This document shows positions 52,724 through 60,065 of a stretch of 64,000 nucleotides of DNA, piece by piece. The notes under the pieces were generated by a model that was given only the letters and a program-made list of their open reading frames with translations, was not told the DNA's origin and ran no database searches. The DNA lies in the NCBI GenBank assembly GCA_946537195.1, contig CAMNFE010000001.1:4435-68434 (forward strand), in the 5' to 3' direction. A program made the translations under genes and the position numbers. Every line of letters begins with the position of its first letter. The first letter of the stretch is position 1. This DNA comes from an uncultured Candidatus Saccharibacteria bacterium. Lineage in GTDB: Bacteria; Patescibacteriota; Saccharimonadia; Saccharimonadales; Saccharimonadaceae.

Positions 52724-54334
52724 ATGAATGAGGATGAGGTCCAAAGCAAGCGTAGGCAAAACGAGGAAGACGCGACCGAGCGTCGTGCCAAGATTCTTGG
52801 TTTGCTCTATCTAGATACGCGCGATTTTGAAAAAGACATCGAGCTTGTCCGTAATGTGCTAACTAAGGAAGAGATGCATGAGCATTTCATTATTCCTTTA
52901 CAGGTAGGTGAAGGTAGCAAACCGTATCAGTTTATGGTAACTAGCCAAACGCCACGTAGCACAATTGAAGAGATGCAGAAGCAATACGAAGACGAAGGTA
53001 TGCGTATTGAATTCTACCTCATTTCTAATTCCGCCTATCAGGTATTCATGTTGCGTCATGATCCGCCTCAAGAAGTGCATTATGATGATATCGAAATTGC
53101 TTCCGAGGGCGACTCTGAGACAATTCAGCAGGTTTCCAAAACGCTTAATAGCGTCGCGACAGATAAGGTTTTTGATTACTTACTAGACCAGGCTGATAAA
53201 CTTGGCGCATCGGATATCCACATTGAAAACATGCGCCACGAAATTCGTATTCGTATGCGTGTCGATGGTATTCTCCACCCTGTGGCTGAAATCAGCCGTG
53301 ACCGTTACCGCATTTTCATGGGTGAGCTAAGTTCGCGTGCTAATGTTTCTACAGCCTCGATGCGTCCTCAATCTGGCCATATGCAGAAAGATATTACTCG
53401 AGATGGCGCAACTCACTTATTGAACATTCGTGTCGAGATGGTGCCGACGATGTATGGCCAAGACGCGGTACTACGTCTCTTTAACTTTGATGAAAGCTTA
53501 TTGAATCTTGACCTCTTAGGTATTACGCCACAAGAACGCGCCGAGATTGACGAGGTGATTTCACATCCGCGTGGTCTGCTGTTGATGGTAGGTCCAACTG
53601 GTTCTGGTAAGTCCACTACCCTTTACTCCATTATCAACGCTCTGAATACGACCGAACGTAAGATTATTACACTAGAGGATCCGATTGAGTATGGCTTAAC
53701 TGGCATTTCGCAGATTCCAATTATGACCGGTCAAGGCGGCTCTTTTGCAGAAGGTTTGCGTTCTGTCTTGCGTCTCGACCCTGATGTAGTGATGGTCGGC
53801 GAGATTCGCGATCCGGATACAGCACGTACGGCAATTCAGGCTTCTATCACTGGTCACTTAGTGCTTTCGTCGTTCCACGCCAACTCATCGTCAGCTGCAT
53901 TTTCGCGTATGATCGATATGATCGGTATTAATCCGGTATTCTCATCTTCGGTTCGCCTCGTAATTGCACAGCGCCTCCTACGTAAACTCGATGAGAATAA
54001 GGAAGCCTACAAGCCTGACGCGCAAACCGTAAAATTTATCAAAGACGCAATGTCTAATGTCGAATTAACAGATTATAATCTTGACGATATTACACTTTGG
54101 AAACCAAAACCAAGCAAAGAACATCCGTTTGGTTACAGTGGTCGTACGGCAATTATGGAACAGCTGATTGTTGACGAACCGATTCAGAAATTTATCCGTG
54201 GCGAAGTAATGCCTGACTCGAAGCTAATTGAGCAAACTGCGCGAGATGAAGGCATGTTAACGTTGCAACAAAAAGGCATTTTAGCGGCATTACGTGGCGA
54301 TACGACAATCGAAGAAGTCGCGCGTGTGATTTAA
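52724..54334 (+). CDS. pilB: type IV pilus assembly ATPase PilB (GspE family)
   Basis: T2SSE N-domain, Walker A GPTGSGKSTT, Asp/His boxes, and ...MVGEIRD... Walker B. Confidence 0.9.
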   Translation: MNEDEVQSKRRQNEEDATERRAKILGLLYLDTRDFEKDIELVRNVLTKEEMHEHFIIPLQVGEGSKPYQFMVTSQTPRSTIEEMQKQYEDEGMRIEFYLISNSAYQVFMLRHDPPQEVHYDDIEIASEGDSETIQQVSKTLNSVATDKVFDYLLDQADKLGASDIHIENMRHEIRIRMRVDGILHPVAEISRDRYRIFMGELSSRANVSTASMRPQSGHMQKDITRDGATHLLNIRVEMVPTMYGQDAVLRLFNFDESLLNLDLLGITPQERAEIDEVISHPRGLLLMVGPTGSGKSTTLYSIINALNTTERKIITLEDPIEYGLTGISQIPIMTGQGGSFAEGLRSVLRLDPDVVMVGEIRDPDTARTAIQASITGHLVLSSFHANSSSAAFSRMIDMIGINPVFSSSVRLVIAQRLLRKLDENKEAYKPDAQTVKFIKDAMSNVELTDYNLDDITLWKPKPSKEHPFGYSGRTAIMEQLIVDEPIQKFIRGEVMPDSKLIEQTARDEGMLTLQQKGILAALRGDTTIEEVARVI

Positions 54335-54369
54335 CCCCTTTATTACCCCTTTTCAAAACAGCAAAAATA

Positions 54370-54378
54370 TGCTAAAAT
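54370..54378 (+). promoter_or_regulatory. extended -10 promoter (TGCTAAAAT) for rplS
   Basis: About 32 nt upstream of ATG 54411. An AAAGG RBS is present. Confidence 0.45.
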
Positions 54379-54410
54379 GAGACAAGTTTTTAAATATAAA
54401 AGGTAAAATC

Positions 54411-54869
54411 ATGTCATTTGAACTATTAAAGATGGTGGGAGATGCCCAAAAAAAGAAGGCCGTCATTGACGTCCGTTCTGGTGATACTGTCCGCGTGTCC
54501 CAAAAGATTAAGGAAGGTGGCAAGTTCCGTATTCAGGTTTTTGAAGGTACGGTAATTCGTGTTGATCGCAAACAATCACACACTGAGCGTATCGTTGTAC
54601 GCAAGGTTGCCTCTGGTGTTGGCGTCGAGAAGAGCTTCTTGATGCACAGCCCATTAGTAGAAAAAGTTGAAATCGTTCGCCGCGGTAAGGTTCGTCGCAA
54701 TAACTTGCGCTATCTTCGCGAACGCTCTGGTAAGAGTGCACGTCTTACTCAGAAAGATTTCGACCGCAATGCAGTAAACGAACTTCCAGCAGAAGAAGTT
54801 GAAGAAGCACCAGCCGAAAAAGAAGAAGCCAAGGAAGAAGCTGAAGAAGCTGCAAAGGCAGAAGCATAA
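54411..54869 (+). CDS. rplS: 50S ribosomal protein L19 with an acidic Glu/Ala-rich C-terminal extension
   Basis: ...DVRSGDTVRVSQKIKEGGKFRIQVFEGTVI...VRRGKVRRNNLRYLR is the L19 core. The tail is PAEEVEEAPAEKEEAKEEAEEAAKAEA. Confidence 0.9.
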   Translation: MSFELLKMVGDAQKKKAVIDVRSGDTVRVSQKIKEGGKFRIQVFEGTVIRVDRKQSHTERIVVRKVASGVGVEKSFLMHSPLVEKVEIVRRGKVRRNNLRYLRERSGKSARLTQKDFDRNAVNELPAEEVEEAPAEKEEAKEEAEEAAKAEA

Positions 54870-54870
54870 A

Positions 54871-55791
54871 TTGGCAATTCTAGGAATAGATGAAGTTGGA
54901 AGAGGTCCCTGGGCGGGGCCTCTTGTTGTTGGCGCATGTGTTTTAGGCGATGCGCAAATTGAAGGTTTGACAGACAGCAAAAAGCTGACGGCAAAAAAGC
55001 GCGAAGCATTGGCGCCTATTATCCGGGAAAAAGCAAGCGTTGGTTTGGGTTGGATTTCCGCAAAAGAATTAGACAAGATTGGCATGACGGCCGCGCTATG
55101 CAAGGCTTGCCGTGAAGCGGTAAAACAAATCCACGTACCATTTCATGAAATTGTCATCGATGGGACGATTAACTTTTTACGCGATACTCCCCTAGCCTCG
55201 CACGTGCAGGTCTTAACTAAAGCCGATTTATTAGTGCCAGAAGTATCAGCGGCCTCGATTGTTGCAAAAGTTGCACGTGATGAATATATGCATAAATTGG
55301 CTAAAAAATATCCTGGCTACGGCTTCGAGAAACATGTTGGATATGGCACAGCGGCACATCGAAAGGCTTTGGAAGAGCTCGGCGTCTGCCCGGAACATCG
55401 CAAGAGTTTCAAGCCAATTGCTGAATTAATCGGTAAAACCGAAACAAAGAAAAAAGCCACTAATTCAACCAAAGCACGGGGCGACAAAGGCGAGGATGCG
55501 GTTTGCGAATATCTGACCAAAAGTGGCCATGAAATTGTAGCGCGAAATTGGAAAAATAAGTTTTGCGAGATTGATATTGTCTCGAGGTTTAATGGCGTAC
55601 TCTGTTTTACGGAAGTTAAGTACCGTCAGGCGGGCGCCGGACTCGACGCGATTGATAAAAAGAAGCTCGAAAAAATGCGTTTTGCGGCAGAATTTTATCT
55701 TGCGAAAAACGGTGGCGGCGCAGCGATTTTAGCGGCCGCGGAAGTTTCGGGTGATAATTACGAAGTAACTGATTTTTTGGTTTTGCAATAA
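54871..55791 (+). CDS. rnhB: ribonuclease HII fused to a YraN/UPF0102-type endonuclease domain
   Basis: LAILGIDEVGRGPWAGPLVVGA plus DSKKL marks RNase HII. C-terminal GEDAVCEYLTKSGHEIVARNWKNKFCEIDIVS...FTEVKYR marks YraN. The likely TTG start at 54871 sits immediately after the rplS stop, but the start is uncertain. Confidence 0.75.
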   Translation: MAILGIDEVGRGPWAGPLVVGACVLGDAQIEGLTDSKKLTAKKREALAPIIREKASVGLGWISAKELDKIGMTAALCKACREAVKQIHVPFHEIVIDGTINFLRDTPLASHVQVLTKADLLVPEVSAASIVAKVARDEYMHKLAKKYPGYGFEKHVGYGTAAHRKALEELGVCPEHRKSFKPIAELIGKTETKKKATNSTKARGDKGEDAVCEYLTKSGHEIVARNWKNKFCEIDIVSRFNGVLCFTEVKYRQAGAGLDAIDKKKLEKMRFAAEFYLAKNGGGAAILAAAEVSGDNYEVTDFLVLQ

Positions 55792-55834
55792 AAAAGAGGG
55801 CCCCTCCCCAGCCCTCACAATATGTTTTACCGTG

Positions 55835-56815
55835 TTATGCAATGAGTTCAGAACGAACATACTGCTCGTTCTGCAAAATACTGACGTGGCCCGAAATAGG
55901 GCCTTCTTCCTCGCACTCATCGTTTTCATCGTAGATACTACAGAGATACGAGACTGCAGCATCAAGACTGATGAGTCCGAGATGGACAGGTTTCTTGAAA
56001 ACCCTGAGTAAGACAGCGTCCTCGAAGTCCGGATCCATGATATTCGCACCGAAGATGAGCTCTTCGATCAGCTCAAAATAGGCGTCCCAGAAGGATGCTT
56101 TATCTTTGGCGTGCGCTGCGAGCATGTCGAGTTTCTCGTCATACCACCAAAGAACATCGAACCTTTTGTCGAATAGGCTGCGAGTTTTAACGGTTTCCAG
56201 TTCACTACGAACAAACTCTTCCGGGTCTAAGCCGTTCTCGAGCAGCTTTGAGAGATTAACGCGCACAAGGGCCATCTCGTCAGCCGTAATAGCAGTGCGG
56301 ACAATCCGTCCAGGATCGACTCCGTACTTGATCATCTGAGCTGTACTTAAGTAGACAAGACTTGCTGCCTTATTTGGATTGACGCCAAGATCGAGCAGCT
56401 TAGTCACCTTTTCACGATTAAGGTTATCTTCCGTCTCCAGGATAAGATCCGGATTGACTCCGTATTTTACTTTTCCTTCGAAGCCGAGAAGATGCGGCCA
56501 TTTCTTGACGATGCGGTTAACATCTACGCCGAGCTCTACCAAATCAACGAAGAATGTTTTTACTTCGCTGAAATCGAAGTTGTCCAGGTAGTCGTTAACG
56601 TCGAAATCCGGCAACGCAGCCTTGATCTCGTGGTGCGCATAAACGATATCAGGGATAGACATCTGCCCAACTAGGGTGCGCGGGCTGATGACCTGGGACA
56701 GGTCGTTAAAGTGTTTCGCGATATGGTTGCTGATATCCTCTGCCAAATAGTCGTTGCGAGGATCAACCATTTCATTGTACTCTTCGTAAATAAAGATTGC
56801 CTTGTCAGAATTCAT
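55835..56815 (-). CDS. acidic cytoplasmic repeat protein, unknown family (326 aa from M13)
   Basis: I chose the start at ATG 56815, which has a GGAGGAG RBS. There are five ~25 aa repeats with an [LY]G[VL][DN][PV] core (LGVDVNRIV, YGVNPDLIL, LGVNPNKAA, YGVDPGRIV, NGLDPEEFV). Confidence 0.55.
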   Translation of the reverse strand: MNSDKAIFIYEEYNEMVDPRNDYLAEDISNHIAKHFNDLSQVISPRTLVGQMSIPDIVYAHHEIKAALPDFDVNDYLDNFDFSEVKTFFVDLVELGVDVNRIVKKWPHLLGFEGKVKYGVNPDLILETEDNLNREKVTKLLDLGVNPNKAASLVYLSTAQMIKYGVDPGRIVRTAITADEMALVRVNLSKLLENGLDPEEFVRSELETVKTRSLFDKRFDVLWWYDEKLDMLAAHAKDKASFWDAYFELIEELIFGANIMDPDFEDAVLLRVFKKPVHLGLISLDAAVSYLCSIYDENDECEEEGPISGHVSILQNEQYVRSELIA

Positions 56816-56870
56816 TATTTTTCTCTCCTCCGCATATTGCACAATCATCACGATAGTAAAGATCTATAGA

Positions 56871-56890
56871 AAAGCTGACTAAAGTCAGCG
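56871..56890 (-). terminator. hairpin GCTGAC-TTTA-GTCAGC followed by TTTTC; either a terminator for the nuclease gene or a 5'-leader stem-loop of the next gene
   Basis: Perfect 6-bp stem. It lies downstream of a consensus promoter on the same strand. Confidence 0.45.
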
Positions 56891-56904
56891 AACATATCCT
56901 TATT

Positions 56905-56933
56905 ATTGTAGCATAAAAGTCATTATTTGTCAA
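56905..56933 (-). promoter_or_regulatory. consensus promoter TTGACA-17-(TGc)TACAAT
   Basis: Read on the minus strand. It lies between the nuclease stop (56945) and the hairpin. Confidence 0.6.
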
Positions 56934-56944
56934 TAGAAAGCCGC

Positions 56945-57697
56945 TTACGTTCCCTGCTCTAGGCCCCTAGTAGGCTCGTCAGGACAAAGAGCAAGAACCT
57001 TCAACATAGCGAATTTCTCAGATGGCGTAACCCAAAGATGATATTTATATTTAACGGAGATTTGGCGTGCGACATACTGACAGCGAAAAGCCTCGTTCGA
57101 TGGGAGCCAAGTGTCGGCAGCACCGTCGGATTTGTCTTGATTCGCCTGCCCTTCTACGGCAAGCAAGTTGAGCGGGTCCTGACTAAGCTCATAACGAGTA
57201 TCGGCATCAAGTCGATATGCGCCAGTGGCCCAAGCATTACTAAGCGCAACAACGTGGTCAATTTGTACTGCTGCGGAGCTTTCCTGACCGCGGGTGAATT
57301 CAATAGTTTTGCCAGTATAAGGATCATTTAGGGTGCCAGATTGAACTTTGCAGCCATTAACTACGGTGTTTTTGAGGTCACGATTAAGAATTAATTCACG
57401 CGTATTGCAACCATGCTCATCGATACCCCAACTATCATAAAACAGTTTTCGATAGTATTTTTCAGAGGTATTTTTCTCTTGAACGGCAAGGCTCTCAAGC
57501 ACGTTAATAGCCTTAGTAGAATCAGCTTTTGTTTGTTCGGCCTTAAGTGATATCTCCTCTGGCTTTTTGAGATTTGGGTCGAGCAAAGCTTCGTATTCAT
57601 ATGAGTTAGGATTTAGGATTAAATAAGTACAAAAAACTCCTATCGCGATAAGTACAGCAATAATACGTCTCGTACGATAGGAGATTTTCTTGGCCAT
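56945..57697 (-). CDS. secreted/membrane-anchored DUF1524 (His-Me finger/HNH-like) nuclease
   Basis: N-terminal TM helix IIAVLIAIGVFCTYLIL, then ...GCNTRELILNRDL...DPYTGKTIEF...AVQIDHVVALSNAWATGA...NLLAVEGQANQDKSDGAADTWLP...RCQYV. As I recall, this is the pattern of actinobacterial extracellular DUF1524 nucleases. Confidence 0.7.
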   Translation of the reverse strand: MAKKISYRTRRIIAVLIAIGVFCTYLILNPNSYEYEALLDPNLKKPEEISLKAEQTKADSTKAINVLESLAVQEKNTSEKYYRKLFYDSWGIDEHGCNTRELILNRDLKNTVVNGCKVQSGTLNDPYTGKTIEFTRGQESSAAVQIDHVVALSNAWATGAYRLDADTRYELSQDPLNLLAVEGQANQDKSDGAADTWLPSNEAFRCQYVARQISVKYKYHLWVTPSEKFAMLKVLALCPDEPTRGLEQGT

Positions 57698-57700
57698 ATC

Positions 57701-58243
57701 CTAATAGTTTTCGGCCTGAATTTCAAAGTAGGCTTGAGGGTGCTTGCAGACTGGGCATTCTTCTGGGGCGCTGTCGCCAATGTGGATATAGCCACAGTTA
57801 CGACACTTCCAGACAGTTACGCCGTCGCCCTTAAATACGACACCCTTTTCAAGATTTTCAAGGAGTTTGCGGTAGCGTTTTTCATGCTCGGCTTCGATTT
57901 TACCAACTTCCTCAAATAATTTGGCAATTTCTTCGAAACCTTCCTCGCGTGCCTCGGCGGCAAATTTGACGTACATTTCGGTCTCTTCGTATTCTTCGCC
58001 AGCGATGGCATCTTTGAGATTTTCGGTTGTATCAGGTACGCCGCCATCATGAAGTAGCTTATACCAAATTTTGGCATGTTCTTTTTCGTTATCGGAAGTT
58101 TCCGAAAAAATGGCAGCAATTTGCTCGTAGCCTTCTTTTTTAGCTTTACTAGCATAAAACTGATATTTGACGCGCGCTTGCGATTCTCCCGCGAAAGCTG
58201 CGTTCAGATTTTTTTCGGTCTTTGTACCCTTAATTTCTGCCAT
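57701..58243 (-). CDS. rbr: rubrerythrin
   Basis: Two ExxH ferritin-like di-iron motifs and a C-terminal rubredoxin-like CRNCGY...CPVC. AAGGAG RBS. Confidence 0.9.
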   Translation of the reverse strand: MAEIKGTKTEKNLNAAFAGESQARVKYQFYASKAKKEGYEQIAAIFSETSDNEKEHAKIWYKLLHDGGVPDTTENLKDAIAGEEYEETEMYVKFAAEAREEGFEEIAKLFEEVGKIEAEHEKRYRKLLENLEKGVVFKGDGVTVWKCRNCGYIHIGDSAPEECPVCKHPQAYFEIQAENY

Positions 58244-58266
58244 AATAATCTCCTTAGTTACTTTCT

Positions 58267-58275
58267 ATTTTAACA
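58267..58275 (-). promoter_or_regulatory. extended -10 promoter (TGTTAAAAT) for the rbr-nuclease unit
   Basis: About 23 nt upstream of ATG 58243. Confidence 0.5.
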
Positions 58276-58304
58276 GAGATTAACGTAACGACAAAAGCAT
58301 AAGT

Positions 58305-58334
58305 AAAAAGGCCCCGCATAATATCGGGGCCTTT
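58305..58334 (-). terminator. intrinsic terminator after 58361-58876
   Basis: Minus strand reads AAAGGCCCCG/atattatg/CGGGGCCTTT followed by TT. Confidence 0.7.
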
Positions 58335-58360
58335 GCTAGTGGCGGCAGAAAACTGAGCGA

Positions 58361-58876
58361 TTAGCGCTTCTGGTGCTCGGACAACAGGCATTCAAACTGA
58401 AGAATCTTATCCTCGAGGTAGTTGTAGGCGAGAAGCAAGTTCTCGTAGGTGGGGTCGAAGTGATAGTCCTCGCTCCAACCTTCCTCGATTGGAGTATACT
58501 TCAAAACGCTCTCGTCGCCGTAGTAGCCCTCACGCTGACCAACGCGCGCATAGCGCATCCAGAAGGCCATGTGGTCGAGCTTAAAGCGGCGATTCGGATT
58601 CATAGCGTCGAGATACTCATCGATTGACATGTTGTTCATGTAGGCATTGACGCGTTCGCAGGTCTCGTAGAGACTGTTGGCGTAAGCGCCTACGGCCGGA
58701 AGTTCAGCAGCGCCCAAGGTAAAAAATTCTTCCTCAGTGCGCTCCGGATAGTCGGGGTCGTGCAGCCAAGCATAATACCCCGCAGTGACGACGGGTCCGA
58801 GAGCCGAAAGCGGCTCGATGACAATACGTTGCTCGAAAGTGTATCCGAAGTAATAGAAGTCGCAAAGACGAGACAT
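58361..58876 (-). CDS. hypothetical cytoplasmic protein (171 aa), G+C-rich ORFan
   Basis: AAGGGAG RBS. Y/E/W-rich, with no motif I can place. G+C is clearly above that of its neighbours. Confidence 0.5.
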   Translation of the reverse strand: MSRLCDFYYFGYTFEQRIVIEPLSALGPVVTAGYYAWLHDPDYPERTEEEFFTLGAAELPAVGAYANSLYETCERVNAYMNNMSIDEYLDAMNPNRRFKLDHMAFWMRYARVGQREGYYGDESVLKYTPIEEGWSEDYHFDPTYENLLLAYNYLEDKILQFECLLSEHQKR

Positions 58877-58934
58877 GGTGTCTCCCTTCTGCCATGGGAA
58901 GGTGCTCTAGCCCACCCAAACCAATAGTGGAGTG

Positions 58935-58943
58935 ATTATACCA
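58935..58943 (-). promoter_or_regulatory. extended -10 promoter (TGGTATAAT) for 58361-58876
   Basis: It overlaps the NUDIX stop codon and gives a ~50-nt leader. Confidence 0.45.
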
Positions 58944-59523
58944 ATTTTTCTGCTTTTTTGCGAGCTTTAGCGCTTTGCTTGCGTTCTTTTTTGATGAGTT
59001 TTTTCGCAATGCGCTGTTCTTTAAGCCAGTTTTGGAGGCGTAGATATTCTTCGTAATGATTCGGCAGCATTTTACCGCGTTTAAAAAGACCTTTTATTTC
59101 GCTTCGCATGAACCAGGTTGCAAACTCGACCTCTTCTTTTTGAAACTTCATCTTAGAAAGCGGGATATTAGCTTTGAGATAATAATCGTCAAAAAGTACT
59201 TGTTCTTCGTCGGAGCGGCCTGAATAGAATAATTTCAGCTCTACCGGATTAACATTGATACCAAGCTCTTCTTTGATTTCGGACACAATCCCTTGCAAAC
59301 TACTCTGCCCGGCTTTCGGATGTCCGCCAGTCGTAGCATACATGCCATTTCGAGATTTTGCGCGTTTTTGAATCAAGTAATGTCCGCTCGAGTTTTGAAT
59401 AAAAACCATGACAACTCGAACATAATACCCATCGGGGATTGGATCGCCTACTTTGATGGTTCGTCCAGTACGTTGGCGATCAGCGTCATATAAATCGCGC
59501 TCTTCTCTTTTTCGATTCGTCAT
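58936..59523 (-). CDS. NUDIX hydrolase
   Basis: Nudix box GGHPKAGQSSLQGIVSEIKEELGI. K/R-rich C-terminal tail. Confidence 0.8.
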   Translation of the reverse strand: MTNRKREERDLYDADRQRTGRTIKVGDPIPDGYYVRVVMVFIQNSSGHYLIQKRAKSRNGMYATTGGHPKAGQSSLQGIVSEIKEELGINVNPVELKLFYSGRSDEEQVLFDDYYLKANIPLSKMKFQKEEVEFATWFMRSEIKGLFKRGKMLPNHYEEYLRLQNWLKEQRIAKKLIKKERKQSAKARKKAEKLV

Positions 59524-59540
59524 AATTTGAAGTTAAATAA

Positions 59541-60032
59541 TTATAGTTCAATTTCGGCGACGAGGTTGCCGTGATCTTCAATGATTTTTTTGAGATCCTC
59601 AATTTTAATCCAGACTGTAGCCGTATTGTCATTTGGATGAACGCCGGCAATATGATCTTTTGACTCGGCAAAATCTTTATCAACAAACCATTTAACTGCA
59701 CAGTCTTTATCATTCAATAAACCAAATGGCGATACGCTGCCTGGTTGAACGTCAAGATATTTTTCCATATCATTTGGCGAAGCAAAACTAAGGTGACGAA
59801 AGCCGTGCGCTTTTTCGAAATCTTTAAGTTTAACACGTTTATCGCCCATGACAGTAATCATAATATAGTTGCGTTTTTTGTCGTCGCGAACAAATAGATT
59901 TTTAGCATCAGCTTCGGGATAAGGAACTTCCACATTTCGTAATTCCGTCATATTAAAGACGGCATCATGTTCGGTAATTTCGTGCCAGATTTTTTGCTTT
60001 TTCAAAAACTGGTAGATTTCTGCTTTGTGCAT
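59541..60032 (-). CDS. YbaK/ProX-type aminoacyl-tRNA editing domain protein
   Basis: ...KNLFVRDDKKRNYIMITVMGDKRVKLKDF...VQPGSVSPFGLLND. AAAGGAG RBS. Confidence 0.7.
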   Translation of the reverse strand: MHKAEIYQFLKKQKIWHEITEHDAVFNMTELRNVEVPYPEADAKNLFVRDDKKRNYIMITVMGDKRVKLKDFEKAHGFRHLSFASPNDMEKYLDVQPGSVSPFGLLNDKDCAVKWFVDKDFAESKDHIAGVHPNDNTATVWIKIEDLKKIIEDHGNLVAEIEL

Positions 60033-60054
60033 GGAAGCTCCTTTCTTTTCGAGT

Positions 60055-60063
60055 ATTATATCA
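60055..60063 (-). promoter_or_regulatory. extended -10 promoter (TGATATAAT) for the editing-domain gene
   Basis: 22-nt leader containing an SD. Confidence 0.45.
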
Positions 60064-60065
60064 AA

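Noticed and set aside
54799-54870. The Lys-rich N-terminal extension of RNase HII that overlaps rplS.
   Set aside because: It is the +1-frame reading of the Glu/Ala-rich L19 tail. The RNase HII homology begins only at LAILGIDEVGRG. A TTG at 54871 directly follows the rplS stop.
55792-55834. The palindromic gagggcccctcc after rnhB as a terminator.
   Set aside because: It has essentially no loop and no T-tract, so it is unlikely to act as an intrinsic terminator.
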